This document shows, one piece after another, positions 11,662 through 20,594 of a DNA stretch of 64,000 bases (within the stretch, counting starts at the first letter, position 1; every line of letters begins with the position of its first letter). Below the pieces are notes generated by a model. That model was not told the origin of the DNA and did no database searches. It saw nothing but the letters and a program-made list of their open reading frames with translations. The stretch spans positions 629,466-693,465 of the forward strand of contig MFJV01000001.1 in the NCBI GenBank assembly GCA_001780985.1, given 5' to 3'. Origin of the DNA: Candidatus Gottesmanbacteria bacterium RIFCSPLOWO2_01_FULL_43_11b (GTDB lineage: Bacteria > Patescibacteriota > Microgenomatia > UBA10105 > UBA927). The position numbers and the translations under genes are program-made.

Positions 11662-12956
11662 GGTTGACGAGTTGCGAGCACAGTCGTCGTTTGATACGCC
11701 ATATCGTAGGAGCCGTTTTCATAGATAAGATATGCACGGATTGGATATGAAGGCAGATCGCGGGTTATTTGAGATTGTGACACGATTGCATCACCAACAT
11801 ACCAGGGGAATGGTGAATTGTCTGGATTGTAGAGAAAAACCCGGCTAGGATCTTTACTGTAGTAGATTGACTCAAAGAAAATAAGCGGACTTTGAGCTAG
11901 GATGACATCATCTTGGTCCATGAGGGTGTTTACTTCCATGATAGTTGCACGGATATTAAGCTTTTGGTGTTCTTTGGGATACCACGAATTGAATAAAAGC
12001 AACGCGAGTAAAAATAATGAGGTGATAGCAATTTGAAAAATCTTTGGTTTTATACGAGCAATCGCAAGTGCTACGAGAAATACTTCTGCAACTGTTACAG
12101 GGATAAGGTATCGGTTAACAAACAATGGTTTAAACAATGAAACACCGAGGACTATTGCAAGCGGGACAGTTGCCATAAGAATAAAGAAGAGATTGCGTGC
12201 CAAGAGAAACAGAGATACAAGAATGACGGAAAGAATTGCAGTGTAATTCCATAAATACCACGGTGTACCTTCGTATCCTATGAACATATTTCCAAGCACA
12301 GATTTAACCAAATGGAAATCAACGGGGGAATACCAGGAACTTTTGAGTCGACCCATTTCCATTGCGATTTTAATAAGCCATGGAGCTATCAGGAGAAATA
12401 TGGCAATAAATGACTTTGTTGGCTGTTGGCTAAAGAACTTTTTCCGTTTTTTTAATGTTATGAGGTAGTGGAGACCGGTAACTACTGAAACAAAAATAAA
12501 GTACGTGTGCGTATAGAACCCGAGTACTGATGCAACCGCAAACCCCGTCCACTTTTTTTCCATATACATATACATAGACAGAGTAGTAAAGAACGTAAAC
12601 CAGGCGTACGTTCTCACCTCAAAAGCATAATAGAGAAGCATGGGGTTGAGGAAAAAAAACAACGGGAGAACCCATGAAAGAAAGTGTTTCTTAAATAGCT
12701 TTTCCGCCCAAACAATTACTACACAGGTAGCTAAAGTAAATCCGAGAAGCGATAAACTGCGTATGGCAATTTCACTTGAGCCGAAAATCTTCATCCAGAA
12801 GTGAAGAAGGAGATAGTATACGGGTGGTTCAAAGGTTAATTTCGTAAATAAAAATTGAATAGGTTTCTGGGCAACAAGAACGGAGAATGCTTCATCCCGC
12901 CAAAGACTCTGAGTAAAGTAGAGGAGAGGGGTATGAGCAAGAAGCCAGTTAAACAT
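11658..12956 (-). CDS. GT-C glycosyltransferase family 39/83 (PMT/ArnT-like)
   Basis: N-terminal loop motif LWRDEAFSV (DE motif of PMT/ArnT) followed by about 10 TM helices; 432 aa. Confidence 0.55.
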   Translation of the reverse strand: MFNWLLAHTPLLYFTQSLWRDEAFSVLVAQKPIQFLFTKLTFEPPVYYLLLHFWMKIFGSSEIAIRSLSLLGFTLATCVVIVWAEKLFKKHFLSWVLPLFFFLNPMLLYYAFEVRTYAWFTFFTTLSMYMYMEKKWTGFAVASVLGFYTHTYFIFVSVVTGLHYLITLKKRKKFFSQQPTKSFIAIFLLIAPWLIKIAMEMGRLKSSWYSPVDFHLVKSVLGNMFIGYEGTPWYLWNYTAILSVILVSLFLLARNLFFILMATVPLAIVLGVSLFKPLFVNRYLIPVTVAEVFLVALAIARIKPKIFQIAITSLFLLALLLFNSWYPKEHQKLNIRATIMEVNTLMDQDDVILAQSPLIFFESIYYSKDPSRVFLYNPDNSPFPWYVGDAIVSQSQITRDLPSYPIRAYLIYENGSYDMAYQTTTVLATRQP

Positions 12957-12965
12957 ATATATGTA

Positions 12966-14447
12966 TTATATCTTTTCTGTCACCCGATATTCCAACCGTT
13001 TACCGAGCATAAGGCGGGTATGAGCGTCGAGTCCCGGGAGAGCTGACAGAACAAAGGAAATAAGAGGAAGAGTGATCCACTGGAGGTAGAGAAGGGGTAA
13101 TTTCCACGCTGGGTACTCTTTAGGCTTTGGCGGTTTAATCCGCCAGTCGATAATAAATACAGCAATAAGAAAAACTGTCGAAAGCGTGAGAATGCCGGAT
13201 GAAATACGAGAAAGGTTATGTCCAAGAACTGTGCGGGCAAACAAAGGATTAACAAGAGGCGGAATGGAACTTCCTATCGTGAGTAAAAACCAGTTTGCCG
13301 GCCAGAATATGTGGTGTTCGAGAAGTTGTAAAAGCCTTCTCATGCGGTCAAAAAATCGAATTTCTCCGTGGAGAATAACCTCCCGAATAACGTACGGTAA
13401 ATCAGAAATCCCCCACGCCCATCGCTTTGCCTGCTCATATTGGTTAACGAGGGTTGGAAAGAAACCATGACTTTCTGCGGCATCAACCAATACCGGAAGA
13501 AAAAGTGGCACGGTAGAAACACGCGTGCCGAAGGTAAAGTACACTTTAAAAAACATGTGGTAATCCTCAGGGATAACGTCAACGGACCAATGACCAACCT
13601 TGACTGCAGTAAGTAGCGCGAGGGAATACGTGGAGAAATTAATAAGTTTTCCCCGTTGAGACAGAAGTGCGAGATTCCATATGCTGTTGAGGGTGTTGAG
13701 AAATCTGTTTGGAAGCGGGATTCGCCATATGTTGTTGTAAAAAAGGATAGCGCCTTGGTAGAAGTGGTAGGCGCGATCGGTATCTTTGAGAAACGTCCAG
13801 GAAAGGTAGGAGAAGTACTTGGGGTGAAGAAAAGCATCGGCATCACAGCTTGTTACCGTGACGAAATCAAGAGGAATATGCTTTTTTTTAAGATATTCGA
13901 CGACCCGTTTACTCGCCCACGCCATATTGCTGGATTTTCCAGTGACCTCGCCGTTATGTAGGATATGTCGAGTAACGACAAAATGACCAAACACACTTTC
14001 AAACTCATGCTTCATAATAGCACCCACAGATGCTGCATTCGGGTCTTTGGCTTCTGTTGCCAGTACAATGATGAGCCGTTCTTTTGGGAAATCTTGACGA
14101 CTAAGATTTTCAAGAGTCCGCCTGATAATATGGGGCGGTTCACGGTATTCCGGAATGATGATAATATGCCAGAGTTTGTCGAAATTGGGTAGCTGTTTTA
14201 CTTGCCCTAGCCAATCAACAGTTTGGTGAGCGGACAGAGTGATAAACGACCTGGTTGCATAGTAAACAAGCGCAACTGATTTATAGAACCAATACACATC
14301 AAAGGTTATGATGAAATACGCAACGAGCGCCGGGTGCCAGAACGAAAGCCATAAGGGCATGGTTATGAGAAGCCATGAACTAATAGGCACAAAGATCTCG
14401 AGGATTCGTTGGGTTTTCCTTGGATAGCGCAAGAATATTTGGCGCAT
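12966..14447 (-). CDS. Membrane glycosyltransferase family 2 (processive, cellulose-synthase-like fold)
   Basis: D,D,D plus QxxRW signature: TSCDADAFL ... QAKRWAWG, flanked by TM helices. Confidence 0.6.
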   Translation of the reverse strand: MRQIFLRYPRKTQRILEIFVPISSWLLITMPLWLSFWHPALVAYFIITFDVYWFYKSVALVYYATRSFITLSAHQTVDWLGQVKQLPNFDKLWHIIIIPEYREPPHIIRRTLENLSRQDFPKERLIIVLATEAKDPNAASVGAIMKHEFESVFGHFVVTRHILHNGEVTGKSSNMAWASKRVVEYLKKKHIPLDFVTVTSCDADAFLHPKYFSYLSWTFLKDTDRAYHFYQGAILFYNNIWRIPLPNRFLNTLNSIWNLALLSQRGKLINFSTYSLALLTAVKVGHWSVDVIPEDYHMFFKVYFTFGTRVSTVPLFLPVLVDAAESHGFFPTLVNQYEQAKRWAWGISDLPYVIREVILHGEIRFFDRMRRLLQLLEHHIFWPANWFLLTIGSSIPPLVNPLFARTVLGHNLSRISSGILTLSTVFLIAVFIIDWRIKPPKPKEYPAWKLPLLYLQWITLPLISFVLSALPGLDAHTRLMLGKRLEYRVTEKI

Positions 14448-14478
14448 AGAATCAATCTAAATTATACCACGCGGACCC

Positions 14479-15180
14479 TTATCGGACATCGGGGAACCCA
14501 ACCTTATCAGCTTTGCGGAAGACAAAGTAATAGAAAAATGCCTTGAAAATCCTCTGGATGAGACGTCCAAAACCTTCATGCCCCCGTCGTCCGGATGCCC
14601 AGACATAAAAATCCTGACGGAATATAATTTTACCAATTCGCATAAGTCTGCGTGCAATCTCGATATCCTCTGCGATTCGAAATTCTTCGGGGAATCCTCC
14701 GACAGACAGCGCTTTTTCTTTATAAAACGCCATATTTTGTCCTGTTGCCATCGGAATGCGCAGAATTGAAAAATAAACCATGTTGAGAACCGGCTGAAGA
14801 ATATTTATATATATTTTATACCACCATGGTCCGTCGGGAACTCGAAATCCTCCAAATACACCAACTACTCCGGGTTTTTGGATATATGTTTCCATTCGTG
14901 TGAGCCAATCGGACGGGATATTCACATCAGCGTCAGTGAAAACAATGACTTCACTCTTTGCGGCCTTGAGTCCAACCTGACGACTATACCCAATCGTACT
15001 TTTCTTGACAGTTATGACTTTTGTACCGGAACGGAGTGCCACATCTTTTGTTGCATCTGTCGATGATGCATTGACGACGATAATCTCGTCAGGTGTTCTT
15101 GATAGTTTTTTGAGAGAGGCAAGTGTTTGAGGTAAATACTTTTCTTCGTTATAGGCGGGGATGACAACGGAGATGGTCAT
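14479..15180 (-). CDS. GT2 polyprenyl-phosphate sugar synthase (Dpm1/Ppm1-like)
   Basis: MTISVVIPAYNEEKYLPQTLASL ... VFTDADVNIP; 233 aa. Confidence 0.6.
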   Translation of the reverse strand: MTISVVIPAYNEEKYLPQTLASLKKLSRTPDEIIVVNASSTDATKDVALRSGTKVITVKKSTIGYSRQVGLKAAKSEVIVFTDADVNIPSDWLTRMETYIQKPGVVGVFGGFRVPDGPWWYKIYINILQPVLNMVYFSILRIPMATGQNMAFYKEKALSVGGFPEEFRIAEDIEIARRLMRIGKIIFRQDFYVWASGRRGHEGFGRLIQRIFKAFFYYFVFRKADKVGFPDVR

Positions 15181-15188
15181 ATGGTCAA

Positions 15189-16007
15189 TTATATCCCAAA
15201 TAGCTCTTGTGCGTTTTTCGTCGTTGCCTCTTCCACCTCACGTGGGGTGATTTTTTTAAGCTCGGCTATTTTTTTTGCAATAAGCGGAATATATTTGGGT
15301 TCGTTTCGGCTTCCGCGATGAGGAACTGGGGTGAGAAACGGAGCGTCCGTTTCCAAAAGAAGCATTGAAATCGGTATATGAGGAACAATCATCTCAAGAT
15401 GTTTTGAATACGTGACGTTTCCATCAATCCCAACAAAAAATTTATGTTTTTGAGCATCGCGTAAATCTTGTAATCCTCCGGAAAAACAATGAATTACTCC
15501 TCTTGGGGTGTTGGGTAAGTTGTCCAATACGCCAAAGAAATCCTCATATGCATCGCGGCAGTGCATGATGGCAGGTAAATTATGTTCTAGTGCAAGTTTT
15601 AATTGAAGTTTGAATAACTGCTTCTGATTTTCTTTTCGACCTAATGCGTCGTGGCCTTTATACTGATGGTAATCCAATCCGCATTCACCGATTGCTACTA
15701 TTGTTGTCATTCCGGGCTTGACCCGGAATCCATTGGGATCCCGGCTCGGTGGCCGGGATGACTTGACGAGTGACTCGAGCAGACTTACATCTTTAATCTC
15801 CTGCGCTTCATACGGGTGAAAACCAACGCTTGCAAAGATTACACCCGGGTGTTTTTTTGCAAGATCCACTACTAACCGGCAGGAAATCGGATCAACACCG
15901 GGATTAATAAATTTCTTGACCCCCGCTTTTTTTGCATTCCCAATCACCATCGCCTGATCTTCTTTATACTGCGGGAATGTGAGGTGACAGTGGGTGTCGA
16001 TATACAT
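15189..16007 (-). CDS. tatD: TatD family metal-dependent DNase/hydrolase carrying an in-frame insertion of about 18-20 aa
   Basis: MYIDTHCHLTF..., IVAIGECGLDY, MHCRDA, LLETDAPF. Segment SSRPPSRDPNGFRVKPGMTT just before AIGECGLDY has no counterpart in E. coli TatD and is encoded by a palindromic repeat. Confidence 0.75.
   Translation of the reverse strand: MYIDTHCHLTFPQYKEDQAMVIGNAKKAGVKKFINPGVDPISCRLVVDLAKKHPGVIFASVGFHPYEAQEIKDVSLLESLVKSSRPPSRDPNGFRVKPGMTTIVAIGECGLDYHQYKGHDALGRKENQKQLFKLQLKLALEHNLPAIMHCRDAYEDFFGVLDNLPNTPRGVIHCFSGGLQDLRDAQKHKFFVGIDGNVTYSKHLEMIVPHIPISMLLLETDAPFLTPVPHRGSRNEPKYIPLIAKKIAELKKITPREVEEATTKNAQELFGI
15705..15762. repeat. Short palindromic repeat element (two adjacent hairpins) inserted in-frame in tatD
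   Basis: TGTCATTCCGGGCTTGACCCGGAATCCAT (hairpin ATTCCGGG/CCCGGAAT) followed by ATCCCGGCtcggtgGCCGGGATGAC. The 29-mer is identical at 59964-59992. Confidence 0.6.
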
Positions 16008-16014
16008 AAGAATT

Positions 16015-16437
16015 CTACTTCGCTATCAAAAGATATAAGCCTACTATAGAAATTATAAATCCAAATAACTGTTTGAGTGAGAGTGTTTCTTTCAAAACAA
16101 ATATACCCAAAACAACAGCAAGTAATACAATTCCGATTCTTACAAAAGGTACTCCTATCGATAAATTTGTGCCAAGCGAGAACATTTTTATAAAAAAAAT
16201 CGACCCAAACCCAATCGAAATTCCTGCGATAGCGGGAAATATAAAACCTTCTCTTGAGGTTAGAATTTCTTTTCCAGACAACTTAGTTGAGATGAACCAA
16301 ATGAGAGGAGGTAATGTAGAGAAAATATTTATAAGAAATGCGCCAAAAGCGTCATCAACTTTTCCAGCGGATTTCTTAATAAAGAAATCCATTAACGCAT
16401 AGGAAAATATTGTCAGAATTGCAAAAAATATCCACAT
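16015..16437 (-). CDS. Small EamA/DMT-like 4-TM membrane protein
   Basis: 140 aa, four hydrophobic helices, half-size DMT topology. Confidence 0.4.
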   Translation of the reverse strand: MWIFFAILTIFSYALMDFFIKKSAGKVDDAFGAFLINIFSTLPPLIWFISTKLSGKEILTSREGFIFPAIAGISIGFGSIFFIKMFSLGTNLSIGVPFVRIGIVLLAVVLGIFVLKETLSLKQLFGFIISIVGLYLLIAK

Positions 16438-16460
16438 AGCGAGATTTTATCTCACTCTGT

Positions 16461-17879
16461 TTATGTAAGTCTCGGAAACAGAGCGGACTGTGTTTTGATC
16501 GTTGGGCCTTTGAATTGTGAAAGAATTTTTTGTGCTGTTTCGGGGAGAAAGGGCTGAAGCTCTATCGCGATGTTATTGATTTGATCAACAAGAAATATAA
16601 GTACCTCCTGCAATACCTTTCCAGTAAGATTCCATGGTTTTTCTTTTTCGATCCTATGATCAAGTGTTGTGATTTCAACCCAAATAAATTCTAGCGCCTT
16701 CTCAAATTGAAATTCTTTAAGATGCTCATCAATTTCAGTCGGTATCCTTTTATATTGTTTTACAGGAACAGTAATATTATTTGTTTCACATAATTTTGCT
16801 ACACGAGCTACCAAGTTTCCCAAGCCATTCGCTAAATCGGCATTGTATAATTCTTTAAATCTTCTTTCTGAAAAATCTCCGTCACTTGTTGACGGAATTT
16901 CGCGCAGGAAATAGTAACGCAATGGGTCTGCGCCGTATTTTTTAATAAGTTCAAATGGATCAATGACATTGCCAAGAGTTTTGCTCATTTTTTGACCATT
17001 TACGGTAAAGTAGCCGTGAACGAATAATGATTTCGGAAGAGATAATTTTGCCGACAGTAAGAATGCCGGCCAATAAACCGCGTGAAACCGGATAATCCCT
17101 TTGCCAATGACATGGACGTCAGCCGGCCACCATTTGGAATACTTTTCTTCATCCCATCCAAATCCCACACCGCTTTGATAAATGTTTAATGCATCAAACC
17201 AAACATACATACGCTGTGTATCATCGCCCGGGACCGGCACACCCCAGTTTTTTGCTCGGGCATTTGTTCGAGATATACTTATATCTTGGAGGGGCTGTTT
17301 AAGAAACGACAAAACTTCGTTTTTGCGAAAGTCGGGGATTATTTTAAGAGAATCTGATGAAATAAGATCAATAAGTTGTTTTTGAAAGTTCGATAATCGG
17401 AAAAAATAATTTTCTTCGGAAACTTTATCGAGTTTTTTCCCTGGATGTTCAACGCACTCACCATTTTCATTGAGTTCCTCTGTCGTATAAAAAGTTTCGC
17501 ATCCTACACAGTAAAGTCCTTCATATGATTTTTTATAAATATCATTTTTACAAAGATCCCATAATTTTTGACTGGATGGAAAATGATGGGTTTGGTCACT
17601 TCCTTTTTGCCAAATGTCGAATTGACATCCGAGTTCTTTGGTCAATTCGAAAAACTTTTGAGTATTCCCGTCGATAAATTGTTGAACAGCAACCCCTGCT
17701 TTTTGGGCCGCCTGCACATTTTTGACAGCATTCTCATCACCACCCGATAAAAGCAGCACCTCATCTCCTAAAAGCTTGTGATACCGGGCTATAACATCCC
17801 CCTGCACGAATTCAAGAGCGTGGCCTATGTGTGGTGGGGCGTTGACGTATGGAATGGCGCAAGTGATATAGAATTTCAT
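16461..17879 (-). CDS. metG: Methionyl-tRNA synthetase (short form)
   Basis: CAIPYVNAPPHIGHALEF (HIGH), KMSKTLGN (KMSKS), four-Cys knuckle CVGCETFY...CVEHPG; 472 aa. Confidence 0.85.
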   Translation of the reverse strand: MKFYITCAIPYVNAPPHIGHALEFVQGDVIARYHKLLGDEVLLLSGGDENAVKNVQAAQKAGVAVQQFIDGNTQKFFELTKELGCQFDIWQKGSDQTHHFPSSQKLWDLCKNDIYKKSYEGLYCVGCETFYTTEELNENGECVEHPGKKLDKVSEENYFFRLSNFQKQLIDLISSDSLKIIPDFRKNEVLSFLKQPLQDISISRTNARAKNWGVPVPGDDTQRMYVWFDALNIYQSGVGFGWDEEKYSKWWPADVHVIGKGIIRFHAVYWPAFLLSAKLSLPKSLFVHGYFTVNGQKMSKTLGNVIDPFELIKKYGADPLRYYFLREIPSTSDGDFSERRFKELYNADLANGLGNLVARVAKLCETNNITVPVKQYKRIPTEIDEHLKEFQFEKALEFIWVEITTLDHRIEKEKPWNLTGKVLQEVLIFLVDQINNIAIELQPFLPETAQKILSQFKGPTIKTQSALFPRLT

Positions 17880-17910
17880 GAATTGATTCTACCGTTTCCG
17901 TATGGAGAGC

Positions 17911-19542
17911 TCAAGGCGAAAAAACAAACGAGTCAAGTTCAAAGGTTCCGTAATGGTTCTGAATAGAAAATAACTGAGGCGTTGCACGATACGTATCTAG
18001 TTTGCTCTGAATTTCAGCAGGAAGTGTAATCTCCTCGTTGTCAACCAATTGAACAAATTGTCTAAATTGATCTTTCGCTAATACTTCTCCAACGCAGATG
18101 TATTTTTTGCTTATTCTAATCTCTTCGGGAAGTTCACCTATGACCTCAGGATCATTAATGATTGCCAGAACATCTCCTTCTCGCGAAGTTTCTTCTAGAA
18201 ATCCTTCAAGCAGCTTTAATGTTGCCTGATCATCCTCACCGTAGAAGCATGTTAGGCTTTTATTTCCGTCTTCGGCGGTTTTGTACCGTAGGGCAGATTT
18301 GTCGGGTTGTTTCTTTCCTTCCTCAGATAATTTTTCATTATAGTCATGGATTACTAAGTTAAAAGTATGTGTATATTCTTGTTGTCTATGGGGGTCAGTC
18401 ATGAGCTCTACTGGGAACCCACTTTTTTTTGATATCTGAGCAATGAGTCCCGTGACTATGCCATCTACATGCCTCGCATGCATGTGCCTGTTCTTCGCGT
18501 AAAGATCTCCTTCGTTTTTTGTTCCGTAGATAGCATCGGTTTCTCCTGCAACACTACCAGTTACAGCTCTTTTTATATTCGTAACAGCTACCAATGGAAT
18601 TGCACGTTTTATTCCTCTTTGGCTTAGAAGAAAATTGGCTTTTGTGTTGGCATTTCGGGATTCAGCGTCAGACATATCTTCATACAACCTGGAAAATGTT
18701 CCGCTTCTGCGTGAAAGAAACACATCAGACCCCTTCGATACTTCTGCAAACATACACAGAGCGTTTTCAAGACTGGCTTTATTGAGTACATCCGCACGGG
18801 TCCACATATTCTTTGTTTTCAGCCAAAAAGGATTTATTTTAGGGGAGATTGCTCTAGCCTCATCCCAAAAAGTAATTACCTCTATCCCAATGTCATGAAA
18901 CATTTTTATGAGCGTTTCGATGGAAGGATCAGATTTACCCACGAGTATATGCACGTTTGGTCCAATAAGGTAATTTAAATTAGCTTCTCCCGCCTCTATT
19001 GCATTGCGCGCCGCATTAACCCTGTTTACTCGATTTATAAGCTGCTCAGTGCGTCTTTCTGTTATTTTAGTGACTGTCGAAACTGCTAACGTTGGAATTG
19101 CAAGGACTATTGCAGCTGTCGCGGCAGTCGAGAGAGTAGCTAAAGGATCAGTACCCTTCTCAACATCGGCAAATGACCACGCGATTGCATTGTTGTACAA
19201 AATTCGAAACGAATCCCAATTCAGAGCTGCTTCGCGAATAATACCCAACCCGGTGCCAATGGCAACGGATATCGTGCTTACTTTCCCCCAAAAACTTCCC
19301 CACGTTATGTCACCTACATTTTTCAAAAATGTTTTTACAGACCATGGTTTTTTTATTCCGTCTTGGGACAAATTTTCGTACAGTGCTTTCACAGGATCGC
19401 CGTCTTCTATGCCTAACCCCGCGAGTGCTTTATTGAGGCCAGTTTCGGCTCTGTGCTCCATTATATTGAGCGTTCTGAGCAACGAGCTTCGACTATCGGG
19501 AGTAATAGGTAATTCTCTATGTTCTTTCCTTGCGTCAGCCAT
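17911..19542 (-). CDS. Hypothetical membrane-associated protein (two TM helices); possible TIR-like Rossmannoid region
   Basis: 543 aa, no confident family. TM-like VSTISVAIGTGLGII and AATAAIVLAIPTLAVSTV. Segment HILVGKSDPSIETLIKMFHDIGIEVITFWDEARAISPKI weakly resembles the TIR betaA-alphaA-betaB pattern; a second patch reads SDVFLSRRSGTFSRLYED. Confidence 0.35.
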   Translation of the reverse strand: MADARKEHRELPITPDSRSSLLRTLNIMEHRAETGLNKALAGLGIEDGDPVKALYENLSQDGIKKPWSVKTFLKNVGDITWGSFWGKVSTISVAIGTGLGIIREAALNWDSFRILYNNAIAWSFADVEKGTDPLATLSTAATAAIVLAIPTLAVSTVTKITERRTEQLINRVNRVNAARNAIEAGEANLNYLIGPNVHILVGKSDPSIETLIKMFHDIGIEVITFWDEARAISPKINPFWLKTKNMWTRADVLNKASLENALCMFAEVSKGSDVFLSRRSGTFSRLYEDMSDAESRNANTKANFLLSQRGIKRAIPLVAVTNIKRAVTGSVAGETDAIYGTKNEGDLYAKNRHMHARHVDGIVTGLIAQISKKSGFPVELMTDPHRQQEYTHTFNLVIHDYNEKLSEEGKKQPDKSALRYKTAEDGNKSLTCFYGEDDQATLKLLEGFLEETSREGDVLAIINDPEVIGELPEEIRISKKYICVGEVLAKDQFRQFVQLVDNEEITLPAEIQSKLDTYRATPQLFSIQNHYGTFELDSFVFSP

Positions 19543-19545
19543 AGC

Positions 19546-19821
19546 TTATTGTGTTTTTTGTAATTCAAGCGAGAGCTGTCTGATTTCTGAATGAATTTTA
19601 TCTGCAAGGTGAGGAATTCTTTTATATGCAAAATCAAAGAAGAGTTTTGGATCATTTTTTTTGACAACCTCTTTGAACGCAAAAACATCTTCTTTTCCCA
19701 GGTTTTTGAGGATCATAGTTTTTATGCGAAGCAAGACAACTCTATTGATGGTTTCAAAAATTTTGTCTTCACTTACATCTGTGACCTTCGCGCTCCCATA
19801 CAAAACGGTGTTAATTTTCAT
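19546..19821 (-). CDS. Hypothetical small protein (91 aa)
   Basis: ORF lies 4 nt upstream of the 543-aa gene and downstream of the XRE regulator, same strand. No recognisable motif. Confidence 0.35.
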   Translation of the reverse strand: MKINTVLYGSAKVTDVSEDKIFETINRVVLLRIKTMILKNLGKEDVFAFKEVVKKNDPKLFFDFAYKRIPHLADKIHSEIRQLSLELQKTQ

Positions 19822-19912
19822 GTTTTTAACCTCTTAAACAGGACATGAAAAGATAATACCATATTTTGTTAGGTTTGTAACTATAGGCTATCTATCTTTC
19901 GGAAGTGAGAGC

Positions 19913-20191
19913 TCAAGGGAGTGGTGACAAGGATATGGATACTTTGGTACCGAAAACTTTTGCCAAGCGTTTGAGAAATGAGAGGGATGGAACTGTTTTG
20001 GCGTTCTCCAGCCGAGAAATGACCGACTGGCGGGTTTTTAGCCGTTGCGCAAGTTGTTTTTGGGTAAGTTTATGTTTGATGCGCTTTGTGATTACTTCGC
20101 GGGCAATACGATATTCCAGCGCAGAGTCACGAAGTGCGGCGCGGAATGCGGAATCTTTAAGAAGTTGTTTTTTGTGTGTTGCCCAGTTCAT
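19913..20191 (-). CDS. XRE-family helix-turn-helix transcriptional regulator
   Basis: LTQKQLAQRLKTRQSVISRLENAKTVPSLSFLKRLAKVFG is a canonical HTH_XRE. Start chosen at MNWATHKK. Confidence 0.65.
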   Translation of the reverse strand: MNWATHKKQLLKDSAFRAALRDSALEYRIAREVITKRIKHKLTQKQLAQRLKTRQSVISRLENAKTVPSLSFLKRLAKVFGTKVSISLSPLP

Positions 20192-20284
20192 AAAAACTCC
20201 TTTTGGTTTTAAAATATCACAATATTGCGATATCGTCAAGACTCCGTTTTATAGTATTCAATTTTCCAATTTTGAGCCATATTA

Positions 20285-20593
20285 TTATCGCTTCCTTAAA
20301 GACAGCTCAAGAGAAATGAGGGAGGCGAGAAGAAGGACGATATAGATCGGATGATGAAGGTCGAGGTATCGGAGAATGAGAAAGATGGTAAGAGTGAAAG
20401 ATAGTAAGAGAGAAAGACGGGTGTTGTTTAAAATAAAAAAAGACAGGAAGAGAGAAGACAGGAAGACGGTAAGATAAAAGACGATAAGATACACTAATTT
20501 GTCAGGGGGAAATGAATTTATAAACCAGGCAAGCGTGACGAAACCAAAAACTCCGAGAATAAGATGCGTAATGTTTCGATCTTTCCGTCTCAT
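20285..20593 (-). CDS. Small integral membrane protein, hypothetical
   Basis: About 102 aa, 3 TM helices. Start overlaps the stop of the DUF2207 gene. Confidence 0.35.
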   Translation of the reverse strand: MRRKDRNITHLILGVFGFVTLAWFINSFPPDKLVYLIVFYLTVFLSSLFLSFFILNNTRLSLLLSFTLTIFLILRYLDLHHPIYIVLLLASLISLELSLRKR

Positions 20594-20594
20594 A

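Noticed and set aside
19905-20345. 146-aa plus-strand ORF
   Set aside because: Antisense to the XRE regulator gene, which has a clear HTH motif. Likely spurious.
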